Shown here piece after piece: positions 1 to 9,835 of a stretch of DNA of 24,381 bases; the stretch's first letter is position 1, and every line of letters starts with the position of its first letter. Source of the stretch: Vitrella brassicaformis CCMP3155 (lineage: Eukaryota; Protista; Chromerida); assembly GCA_001179505.1 (NCBI GenBank), contig CDMY01000747.1, forward strand, positions 1 through 24,381, in the 5' to 3' direction. Below the pieces are notes generated by a model, which did no database searches, was not told where the DNA came from, and was given only the letters and a program-made list of their open reading frames with translations. Both the position numbers and the translations under genes were made by a program.

Positions 1-2
1 CC

Positions 3-941
3 CCCCCCCCCGAGGGACGCCACAACAGCCAAGTGGAGGCGCTGCTCGAAGGACTTCATAACAGGGCCGTGCGAACGTCGCTGGACATCAGCCGACTCGC
101 ATACAAGGTGGGAAGATCCAACACATGGGCACGCCGGAGCGAGCAGACGGCTCGGCGGATAGCGACGAAACAGGGCACAGCGGGCCAGCCGGACACCCCA
201 CGAGCACCCAGCGACATGGACCCATCCGTCCCCCCACACCCGCATGAGTGTCTGCCGAGGAAAGCCGCGAGGCCAGCCGCCACAAGTGGCAGGATCCCGA
301 CAGGAGACAATGTCCAAAAAGGCCGATCCGCAATACACGCCCGCACAGAGACAATCCCTGGGGACCTCCCAGCCCGGAAGCCCCACGCCGCTCGAATCAC
401 GCTCCGCCGACCAGTGCTGCAGCGCACCGGCAGAAAGATAGTCCAAAGGGAATGGACGCCTCCACCCTCACCCCCAGCTGACACAGGAGACGGCTGGGTG
501 ACGCCTCCGTTCGACGGTCCTGCCTCGGACGGCTGGATATCGCCGCCGTCATCACTGGGGGACCCCATGGAAACGGACGAGCCCCAGGGGACCCAGCCAG
601 GGTTGACCCGTGAGAAGCAGGAGAGGATCGAACGCAACAGGGCCGAGGCGGAAGAGCGAAAGAAGAGGAAACGAGAGGAAGAACTGCGGGAGAAGATTGC
701 GCAAGGCAGAGCCGCAGCCGCAGAGAGGAAGAAGAGGAAACAGGAGGAACGGAGGAAGGCCCAGGAGGAGGGACGGACCCTGCCCCCAGTGGCACCCCAG
801 CCACCCCCACGACAGCCCTCCACACGGGAGGCGGCCCTCAACCAGCGGGCCATCAACCAGGCCATACATTGCTCAGAGCGCCCTAAGCGCCCAAGCGTCG
901 TGCTCCCTCCGCCAGCGGGGGATGACCGAATGGATGAATAG
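3..941 (+). CDS. 5'-truncated low-complexity ORF (Pro-rich, with an E/R/K-rich coiled-coil segment); function unknown
   Basis: The frame of ORF 33..941 is open back to the window start. It contains the charged helical run REKQERIERNRAEAEERKKRKREEELREK. No family motif recognised with confidence. Confidence 0.45.
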   Translation, partial: PPPEGRHNSQVEALLEGLHNRAVRTSLDISRLAYKVGRSNTWARRSEQTARRIATKQGTAGQPDTPRAPSDMDPSVPPHPHECLPRKAARPAATSGRIPTGDNVQKGRSAIHARTETIPGDLPARKPHAARITLRRPVLQRTGRKIVQREWTPPPSPPADTGDGWVTPPFDGPASDGWISPPSSLGDPMETDEPQGTQPGLTREKQERIERNRAEAEERKKRKREEELREKIAQGRAAAAERKKRKQEERRKAQEEGRTLPPVAPQPPPRQPSTREAALNQRAINQAIHCSERPKRPSVVLPPPAGDDRMDE

Positions 942-1331
942 CTGCAGTAGGCGCGGATAGCATGGACCAGCATTGATGCGGCAAGGACAGTGCTGCCCTA
1001 GATATATGGACAGGTGCTTGTTGCCATAGATGCCCTGAGGCATGAAATCGCCAGGGATGATGAATTGACGATGAAAGACGGGGTTGAAGGGAGAACGTAA
1101 ACGGCTACTATAACGGTTCTGATCGCGCCAGGGAGGGTTAGCCCATTGTAAGGCAGATCGAGGGCAACGCGTTGTTTGAGAAGGCCTGCTACACCCCTCG
1201 GAGCCGAGAGTCCCACATGGCCGAGCCAGAAACCACGAAAAAACTGCGATAGGTATGCGACCACCCCCCCTGCACGCACACAGCCCAAAACATATGCACG
1301 TGCCCCCCCTTGTTGCCCCACAACCTCTCAG

Positions 1332-2583
1332 GCAAGAGATGTTGCTGCGCGGCACCGGCGAGACCGACCGGTGCCACCGGTCGGACCTTCCCCTCGGGTT
1401 AGTACAGCGCCACGTGCTGCATGAGACCACCATCGGACGGGAGAAGCTCGGCCGCACCCACACATACTGCAGCTACGGCCCCTCATACCACACCATTACC
1501 GAGATCCCCGAGAACAAAGTCGCGATGTGCTCCACCGGCCTGTTCGAGCGGAAGCGACGGGGGAAGACCACCATCCTCACCGCACCACTCGTCGGCGAGC
1601 GTGTGCGGCCCAACCAGCCGCGCATAGATGGCGTGCTGGAGGACCAGACCACGCGTCTCGAGCTGCAGTGGACGCCTGAGTCCATCCAGACTGGATGGCA
1701 CAAGAAGCTGACCAACCTGAGGATCTATGAAAGCCACGGGTACTCCAACGTAAGCCGACACCACTGCAAACAGACACGCACACGTAAATAACGCTCAGAC
1801 CACGCCTATGGCCCACCCCCTCCTTTCCTTCCCTTCCCCGGACGCAGGTTGAGTTGCCGGCGACGAAGAGCACCATGGACCTCGTATACCATGGCAAGAT
1901 CGCCCACGGCGGCGCTGAGGTGCAGGGCGACCAAGCGGTGGGGCTCGCCCACACCACCGTGCGCCTCACCGTCATCCCCATGGACCACATCACCGACCTA
2001 GACGACTTGATAGTGGTGACCATCGGCAGCATCGTCACCATCCGGGGGGGGCGAGATGCCGCCGCTACCACGGGAGGTGTGGACGCACCAGGACGCCCTG
2101 CAGATAGCCCTGGGGGCGGTGACGACGGTGTACGGCAGCCACGCATCGCTGCGCTTCCACGACTGGCGCGTCGCCGAGGGGATGGTGGTGGGGCAGGTGT
2201 TCGCCGTGCGAACCGACCATAGAGGGAACGAGGGGCCGGTGTCGTATAAGACGCCGGAGAAACGGGAGGAGATAGAGCGCTGGGGGCGGGTCACGACCGT
2301 GGTGTACAACTTCGTGACCGAGCAGGGCGGGAGTGAGCAGCGGGGGGCCCACATCACCTTCCAGCGGATCGCCATCTTCACGGCCTACGACACACGCCGG
2401 GACGAGCCGACGTCAGGGCTGACGGAGGAGCAGGAGCTCAACCCCCTCGCTCACATCGGCCTCATCCAAGGGAGGGCAACGACCATGAGCATCCACCCCG
2501 CCCCCACCACCGCCACCCAGACCGGCGCCGAGCCGACCAACAACACCAACACCAACCCCGCCCTCGCCACCGCCACCGAGACC
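1332..2583 (+). pseudogene. Spliced gene of unknown family, copy 1 (beta-rich, possibly OB-fold-like core; +1 frame offset at G8; runs into gap)
   Basis: GT-AG introns at 1253-1331 (79 nt) and 1750-1847 (98 nt). The second joins ...YESHGYSN to VELPATKST... in phase 0. The frame changes at the G8 run 2044-2051 into MPPLPREVWTHQ... Confidence 0.6.
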
Positions 2584-2883
2584 NNNNNNNNNNNNNNNNN
2601 NNNNNNNNNNNNNNNNNNNNNNNNNNNNNNNNNNNNNNNNNNNNNNNNNNNNNNNNNNNNNNNNNNNNNNNNNNNNNNNNNNNNNNNNNNNNNNNNNNNN
2701 NNNNNNNNNNNNNNNNNNNNNNNNNNNNNNNNNNNNNNNNNNNNNNNNNNNNNNNNNNNNNNNNNNNNNNNNNNNNNNNNNNNNNNNNNNNNNNNNNNNN
2801 NNNNNNNNNNNNNNNNNNNNNNNNNNNNNNNNNNNNNNNNNNNNNNNNNNNNNNNNNNNNNNNNNNNNNNNNNNNNNNNNNNN
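2584..2883. other. Assembly gap (300 N). Identical-size gaps at 4280-4579, 5993-6292, 7154-7453, 17009-17308, 18557-18856, 22124-22423
   Basis: Seven runs of exactly 300 N indicate placeholder gaps of unknown true size. Confidence 0.99.
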
Positions 2884-4279
2884 AAAACTGCGATAGGTAT
2901 GCGACCACCCCCCCTGCACGCACACAGCCCAAAACATATGCACGTGCCCCCCCTTGTTGCCCCACAACCTCTCAGGCAAGAGATGTTGCTGCGCGGCACC
3001 GGCAAGACCGACCGGTGCCACCGGTCGGACCTTCCCCTCGGGTTAGTACATCGCCACGTGCTGCATGAGACCACCATCGGACGGGAGAAGCTCGGCCGCA
3101 CCCACACATACTGCAGCTACGGCCCCTCATACCACACCATTACCGAGATCCCCGAGAACAAAGTCGCGATGTGCTCCACCGGCCTGTTCGAGCGGAAGCG
3201 ACGGGGGAAGACCACCATCCTCACCGCACCACTCGTCGGCGAGCGTGTGCGGCCCAACCAGCCGCGCATAGATGGCGTGCTGGAGGACCAGACCACGCGT
3301 CTCGAGCTGCAGTGGACGCCTGAGTCCATCCAGACTGGATGGCACAAGAAGCTGACCAACCTGAGAATCTATGAAAGCCACGGGTACTCCAACGTAAGCC
3401 GACACCACTGCACACAGACACGCGCACGGGAATAACGCTCAGACCACGCCTATGGACCAACCCCCCCCCCCTTTCCTTCCCTTCCCCGGACGCAGGTTGA
3501 GTTGCCGACGACGAAGAGCACCATGGACTTCGTATACCATGGCAAGATCCCCCACGGCGGCGCTGAGGTGCAGGGCGACCAAGCGGTGGGGCTCGCCCAC
3601 ACCACCGTGCGCCTCACTGTCATCCCCATGGACCACATCACCGACCTAGACGACAAGATAGCGGTGACCATCGGCAGCATCGTCACCATCCAGGGGGGGG
3701 AGCGAGATGCCGCCGCTACCACGGGAGGTGTGGACGCACCAGGACGCCCTGCAGATAGCCCTGGGGGCGGTGACGACGGTGTACGGCAGCCACGCATCGC
3801 TGCGCTTCCACGACTGGCGCGTCGCCGAGGGGATGGTGGTGCGGCAGGTGTTCACCGTGCGGACCGACCATAGAGGGAACGAGGGGCCGGTGTCGTATAA
3901 GACGCCGGAGAAACGGGAGGAGATAGAGCGCAGAAGGCGGGTCACGACCGTGGTGTACAACTTCGTGACCGAGCAGGGCGGGAGTGAGCAGCGGGGGGCC
4001 CACATCACCTTCCAGCGGATCGCCATCTTCACGGCCTACGACACACGCCGGGACGAGCCGACGTCAGGGCTGACGGAGGAGCAGGAGCTCAACCCCCTCG
4101 CTCACATCGGCCTCATCTAAGGGAGGGCAACGACCATGAGCATCCACTCCGCCCCCACCACCGCCACCCAGACCGGCGCCGAGCCGACCAACAACACCAA
4201 CCCCGCCCTCGCCACCGCCACCGAGACCGTCACCGAGACCGGCGTTGCGACCGCTGCCGCCGCTGCCACCATCCCCACC
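2884..4279 (+). pseudogene. Same spliced gene, copy 2 (partial, gap-bounded), with premature TAA
   Basis: Introns 2897-2975 and 3394-3495 are conserved. G8 run at 3693-3700. TAA at 4118-4120 where copy 1 has CAA (2467-2469). Confidence 0.6.
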
Positions 4280-4579
4280 NNNNNNNNNNNNNNNNNNNNN
4301 NNNNNNNNNNNNNNNNNNNNNNNNNNNNNNNNNNNNNNNNNNNNNNNNNNNNNNNNNNNNNNNNNNNNNNNNNNNNNNNNNNNNNNNNNNNNNNNNNNNN
4401 NNNNNNNNNNNNNNNNNNNNNNNNNNNNNNNNNNNNNNNNNNNNNNNNNNNNNNNNNNNNNNNNNNNNNNNNNNNNNNNNNNNNNNNNNNNNNNNNNNNN
4501 NNNNNNNNNNNNNNNNNNNNNNNNNNNNNNNNNNNNNNNNNNNNNNNNNNNNNNNNNNNNNNNNNNNNNNNNNNNNNNN

Positions 4580-5358
4580 TCGCCCACACCACCGTGCGCC
4601 TCACTGTCATCCCCATGGACCACATCACCGACCTAGACGACAAGATAGCGGTGACCATCGGCAGCATCGTCACCATCCAGGGGGGGGAGCGAGATGCCGC
4701 CGCTACCACGGGAGGTGTGGACGCACCAGGACGCCCTGCAGATAGCCCTGGGGGCGGTGACGACGGTGTACGGCAGCCACGCATCGCTGCGCTTCCACGA
4801 CTGGCGCGTCGCCGAGGGGATGGTGGTGCGGCAGGTGTTCACCGTGCGGACCGACCATAGAGGGAACGAGGGGCCGGTGTCGTATAAGACGCCGGAGAAA
4901 CGGGAGGAGATAGAGCGCAGAAGGCGGGTCACGACCGTGGTGTACAACTTCGTGACCGAGCAGGGCGGGAGTGAGCAGCGGGGGGCCCACATCACCTTCC
5001 AGCGGATCGCCATCTTCACGGCCTACGACACACGCCGGGACGAGCCGACGTCAGGGCTGACGGAGGAGCAGGAGCTCAACCCCCTCGCTCACATCGGCCT
5101 CATCTAAGGGAGGGCAACGACCATGAGCATCCACTCCGCCCCCACCACCGCCACCCAGACCGGCGCCGAGCCGACCAACAACACCAACCCCGCCCTCGCC
5201 ACCGCCACCGAGACCGTCACCGAGACCGGCGTTGCGACCGCTGCCGCCGCTGCCACCATCCCCACCCTGAGGAGCCCATCGAAGCGGCCGCTGCCGCTAC
5301 CGGGCGAGAAGGGCGAGACGGAGGACGGGGAGAGACGGCAGAAGGCCCGCAACGAGGC

Positions 5359-5389
<31 letters not shown>

Positions 5390-5881
5390 GGGGTGGTGCC
5401 GATGTATTGGTACATGCCATGGATGGGCATGATGGGGGCGGACGGGACGGGGATGGGCGTGGCTGGGGGTGAGGGCATGAACACCACCACCCACAACCAC
5501 CAGGCGCCCCCTGGACAACACGCCCCCACCCCGGCCGCAGCACAGCAGTGGTGGGGTGGCTACCCGCCGTACGCACTCTATGGCATGCCGCCAGGCGCGA
5601 CGGCCCAGCAGACCACCACACCCTCCCAGCAACGGGCAGCTCAGCCTGAGCAGAAGCCCCAGGAACTGGAGGGGGAGGCGCTGACGGCGGCGGTAGTGGA
5701 TTTTGGGAAGAAGAAGCAACAGCAGCAGAGCACTGGCGGACACTCGGCGGACGACCAGGCCAGCGCTGCGGCAGGAGGGGGCGAGGAACCCACAGCCGCG
5801 GCGGAGAAGGACAGCGGAGAGCCGAGGGCTGCGGGGCTGGAGGGATCGGACGCTGCCCCATCGCCCCCGAACGATGGCTAG
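4580..5881 (+). pseudogene. Same gene, copy 3: 3' half with Thr/Ala/Gln-rich tail ending PSPPNDG*
   Basis: G8 run at 4680-4687 and TAA at 5105-5107. The same frame continues as ORF 5123..5881 with a 10-Gln tract and stops at TAG 5879-5881. Confidence 0.6.
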
Positions 5882-6292
5882 AGATAGAGAGGGAGGGGAA
5901 GACAACTAGATAGAGGGATGGAGGGACAGGATGACCTCCTGTCCGGCCGTGTAGACAGGCGACACTAAGAACGAGGCACCACATATGCCTGCNNNNNNNN
6001 NNNNNNNNNNNNNNNNNNNNNNNNNNNNNNNNNNNNNNNNNNNNNNNNNNNNNNNNNNNNNNNNNNNNNNNNNNNNNNNNNNNNNNNNNNNNNNNNNNNN
6101 NNNNNNNNNNNNNNNNNNNNNNNNNNNNNNNNNNNNNNNNNNNNNNNNNNNNNNNNNNNNNNNNNNNNNNNNNNNNNNNNNNNNNNNNNNNNNNNNNNNN
6201 NNNNNNNNNNNNNNNNNNNNNNNNNNNNNNNNNNNNNNNNNNNNNNNNNNNNNNNNNNNNNNNNNNNNNNNNNNNNNNNNNNNNNNNNNNNN

Positions 6293-7001
6293 CGCCGAGC
6301 CGACCAACAACACCAACACCAACCCCGCCCTCGCCACCGCCACCGAGACCGTCACCGAGACCGGCGTTGCGACCGCTGCCGCCGCTGCCGCCATCCCCAC
6401 TCTGGGGAGCCCACCGAAGCGCCCACTGCCGCCACCGGGCGAGAAGGGCGAGACGGAGGACGGGGAGAGACGGCAGAAGGCCCGCAACGAGGCGCAGCAG
6501 CAGCAACAGGGGGTGGTGCCGATGTATTGGTACATGCCATGGATGGGCATGATGGGGGCGGACGGGACGGGGATGGGCGTGGCTGGGGGTGAGGGCATGA
6601 ACACTACCACCCACAACCACCAGGCGCCCCCTGGACAACACGCCCCCACCCCGGCCGCAGCACAGCAGTGGTGGGGTGGCTACCCGCCGTACGCACTCTA
6701 TGGCATGCCGCCAGGCGCGACGGCCCAGCAGACCACCACACCCTCCCAGCAACGGGCAGCTCAGCCTGAGCAGAAGCCCCAGGAACTGGAGGGGGAGGCG
6801 CTGACGGCGGCGGTAGTGGATTTTGGGAAGAAGAAGCAACAGCAGCAGAGCACTGGCGGACACTCGGCGGACGACCAGGCCAGCGCTGCGGCAGGAGGGG
6901 GCGAGGAACCCACAGCCGCGGCGGAGAAGGACAGCGGAGAGCCGAGGGCTGCGGGGCTGGAGGGATCGGACGCTGCCCCATCGCCCCCGAACGATGGCTA
7001 G
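6293..7001 (+). pseudogene. Same gene, copy 4: C-terminal tail only (gap-bounded)
   Basis: Near-identical to 5164-5881, with a 5-Gln tract and an extra TN dipeptide. Confidence 0.55.
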
Positions 7002-7453
7002 AGATAGAGAGGGAGGGGAAGACAACTAGATAGAGGGATGGAGGGACAGGATGACCTCCTGTCCGGCCGTGTAGACAGGCGACACTAAGAACGAGGCACC
7101 ACATATGCCTGCCTGCCCCCCCCCTCTCGTGGGCGTGCTTGCGTACCTACCTGNNNNNNNNNNNNNNNNNNNNNNNNNNNNNNNNNNNNNNNNNNNNNNN
7201 NNNNNNNNNNNNNNNNNNNNNNNNNNNNNNNNNNNNNNNNNNNNNNNNNNNNNNNNNNNNNNNNNNNNNNNNNNNNNNNNNNNNNNNNNNNNNNNNNNNN
7301 NNNNNNNNNNNNNNNNNNNNNNNNNNNNNNNNNNNNNNNNNNNNNNNNNNNNNNNNNNNNNNNNNNNNNNNNNNNNNNNNNNNNNNNNNNNNNNNNNNNN
7401 NNNNNNNNNNNNNNNNNNNNNNNNNNNNNNNNNNNNNNNNNNNNNNNNNNNNN

Positions 7454-8009
7454 GGGCGAGACGGAGGACGGGGAGAGACGGCAGAAGGCCCGCAACGAGG
7501 CGCAGCAGCAGCAACAGGGGGTGGTGCCGATGTATTGGTACATGCCATGGATGGGCATGATGGGGGCGGACGGGACGGGGATGGGCGTGGCTGGGGGTGA
7601 GGGCATGAACACTACCACCCACAACCACCAGGCGCCCCCTGGACAACACGCCCCCACCCCGGCCGCAGCACAGCAGTGGTGGGGTGGCTACCCGCCGTAC
7701 GCCCTCTATGGCATGCCGCCAGGCGCGACGGCCCGGCAGACTGCCACACTCTCCCAGCAACGGGCAGCCCAGCCTGAGCAGAAGCCCCAGGAACTGGAGG
7801 GGGAGTCGCTGACGGCGGCGGTAGTGGATTTTGGGAAGAAGAAGCAACAGCAGCAGAGCACTGGCGGACACTCGGCGGACGACCAGGCCAGCGCTGCGGC
7901 AGGAGGGGGCGAGGAACCCACAGCCGCGGCGGAGAAGGACAGCGGAGAGCCGAGGGCTGCGGGGCTGGAGGGATCGGACGCTGCCCCATCGCCCCCGAAC
8001 GATGGCTAG
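7454..8009 (+). pseudogene. Same gene, copy 5: C-terminal tail only, followed by the shared 3' flank
   Basis: Near-identical to 6447-7001 with a few substitutions (e.g. ARQTATL vs AQQTTTP). The shared flank continues to 8160. Confidence 0.55.
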
Positions 8010-8623
8010 AGATAGAGATGGAGGGGGAGACAACTAGATAGAGGGATGGAGGGAGAGGATGACCTCTTGTCCGGCCGTGTAGACAGGCGACACTAAGAAC
8101 GAAGCACCGCATATGCCTGCCTGCCCCCCCCCTCTCGTGGGCGTGCTTGCGTACCTACCTGCATGGCTTGGATGGGCTGGGGTGTGTCAACTAATTATGG
8201 CTTGGATGGGCTGGGGTGAATGGATGGTTATGCTCTGTGGGGCGTGGAGGTGCATGGCATGGATGTGATCGGTCTGGGTATGCCCACGTATGCTATGCTC
8301 TCGCTCTACTGTGGAATGAATGGATGGCTCATGTACCCGACTACCTCTTGAGGGCACGACACGACACACAGCCACACAGAGAGGACCAATCCGTAGCGCG
8401 TCCGGCTGACCCATCCTTTTGCATGCACACATGGACTGACGTGGCACCAACCTGCCTGTACCTGTAGTGATTGACTGGATGCACGCGTGCCTCTGGAATG
8501 CATGTGCACGAGCGACGATCTGACTGCCTGCAACTTTAGAGGTTGGATGCGGGGCTGACCGGCATGTATGTCGGGGGGAGGGAAACACACGTCGCACAAG
8601 GGACATGGGCGACTACCTGCGTG

Positions 8624-8700
8624 GCTGACTGTCTGCCTGACTGCCTGATTGTCTGTCTGCCTGACTGTCTGTCTGTCTGTCTGACTGTCTGTTTGTCTGA
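8624..8700. repeat. Degenerate (CTGT/CTGC/CTGA)n tetranucleotide microsatellite
   Basis: ctgactgtctgcctgactgcctgattgtctgtctgcctgactgtctgtctgtctgtctga... Confidence 0.9.
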
Positions 8701-9021
8701 CGACATGGCTGAGACCGCGGCCATTCCTTTTCCGACACCTTTTGCTTTTGACTGACCCGCACGTATAAGTCAGGCAGACAGGCAAACGGACAGGCAGATA
8801 GGCACGGACAAAGCCACACCACAGCACCCGCCACATGTAACTGCCAACACGAACACCGCATGACACGGGAGTGGATGGGTGGGACCAAACCGTGGACAGA
8901 ATACAAGAACGCACCCGAGGGATGAAAACTTGACAGAAGGAAAATCGGCAGAGGGGGAGGGGGGGAAAGGGGGGGAAGGGGGCAGACAGAAACCTGAACA
9001 CCACGCGCACCCCCACACAAC

Positions 9022-9120
9022 CTCACACACAGGCACACGCACACACACACCCACACACACACACCCACACACACCCCACACACACACCACACACACACCA
9101 CACACACACCCACACACACC
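9022..9120. repeat. Interrupted (CA)n microsatellite
   Basis: Long CA/CCA-rich run, preceded by a G/A homopurine tract at about 8950-8982. Confidence 0.9.
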
Positions 9121-9517
9121 CGCGCACAACCAGCCAGCCGTCGCCCGACGGGATATCAAACAGGGGCAGGGCGCTTTTCCCCCGCGCTTCTAAAATACGG
9201 GGCATGTGAAACCCAGGGATAGCCAAGGGAAACCTTGGTGAGCCGGACTCGCCGCCCTGGTCATTGCAGGGTGTCCTGCAGTGCTGCTTGCATCGTCCGA
9301 ATGAATGCCTGGTGTGTTCATGAGGACTCTCGAATGAATGAATGTAACCGACACCAGTGTTCGCACACTGGTCCCTCGCCAGCGAGAAGCACACATTTTG
9401 CGCCAATTGCAATGCAATGGGAAGCAAACTCGTCTCTCGCAGTGTCCGTGCGCATGTATTTCATCAACCAGACCTTAAAGCGTGTGCAAGGAGATTGCGG
9501 TTGAGTTAGCGGTGAGC

Positions 9518-9835
9518 AAGTTTTCAGTGGCTATGGTCTCCTTTGCGGGTCGAGAAGCGACGGCCGCTTGCGTGCGAACAGAGCGTAGAGCAGTGTGTCG
9601 TGGATGATAAATTGCGTGGCTGATGGTTCGTGGCTGTGTAAACTTTCAGTGACTGGTTCTTCTTTATAGGAACGAGAAGCGATGCGCGCTTGCGTGTGAA
9701 GACAGCGTAGCGAAATGTATCATGCATTAACACAATTGTGCTGATTTGGGTTGACGGCACCGTCAACTTTCGGTGGCTGGTTCTCGTGTTTGACGTAAGG
9801 CACAGCGATGGCCGCTTGCGTGAGGACAGAGCAGA
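9518..9835. repeat. Degenerate tandem repeat of about 123 bp (about 2.6 units)
   Basis: The motif AA(C/G)TTT(T)CRGTGRCT recurs at 9518, 9640 and 9764. AGCGAYGSSCGCTTGCGTG recurs at about 9556, 9678 and 9804. Confidence 0.75.

Larger units (their letters stand above)
1241..8160 (+). repeat. Five staggered near-identical copies or contigs of one repeated sequence
   Basis: Contig 2884-4279 restarts at the sequence of about 1240. Contig 4580-5992 restarts at that of about 3594, 6293-7153 at that of about 5164, and 7454 onward at that of about 6447. Each overlaps the previous contig and extends further 3'. Scattered substitutions and in-frame indels separate some copies. Confidence 0.95.

Noticed and set aside
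5858-5970. Helitron-like 3' end (CCATCG/CGATGG hairpin plus CTAG; CCTGTC/GACAGG hairpin plus CTAA)
   Set aside because: The stems are only 6 bp, the spacing is atypical, and homology among copies continues past both sites.
2056-7025. ORFs spanning N runs (e.g. 459, 602, 338 aa)
   Set aside because: These are artefacts of translating through placeholder gaps and antisense shadows of GC-rich coding sequence.
8306-9159. Long minus-strand ORFs (236, 168, 129 aa)
   Set aside because: They are translations of microsatellites (QTDRQT and VCVCV repeats).
9518-9835. CRISPR-like array (palindromic repeats with spacers)
   Set aside because: Only three degenerate units, linkers are partly homologous and about 90 bp long, there are no cas genes, and the context is eukaryotic.
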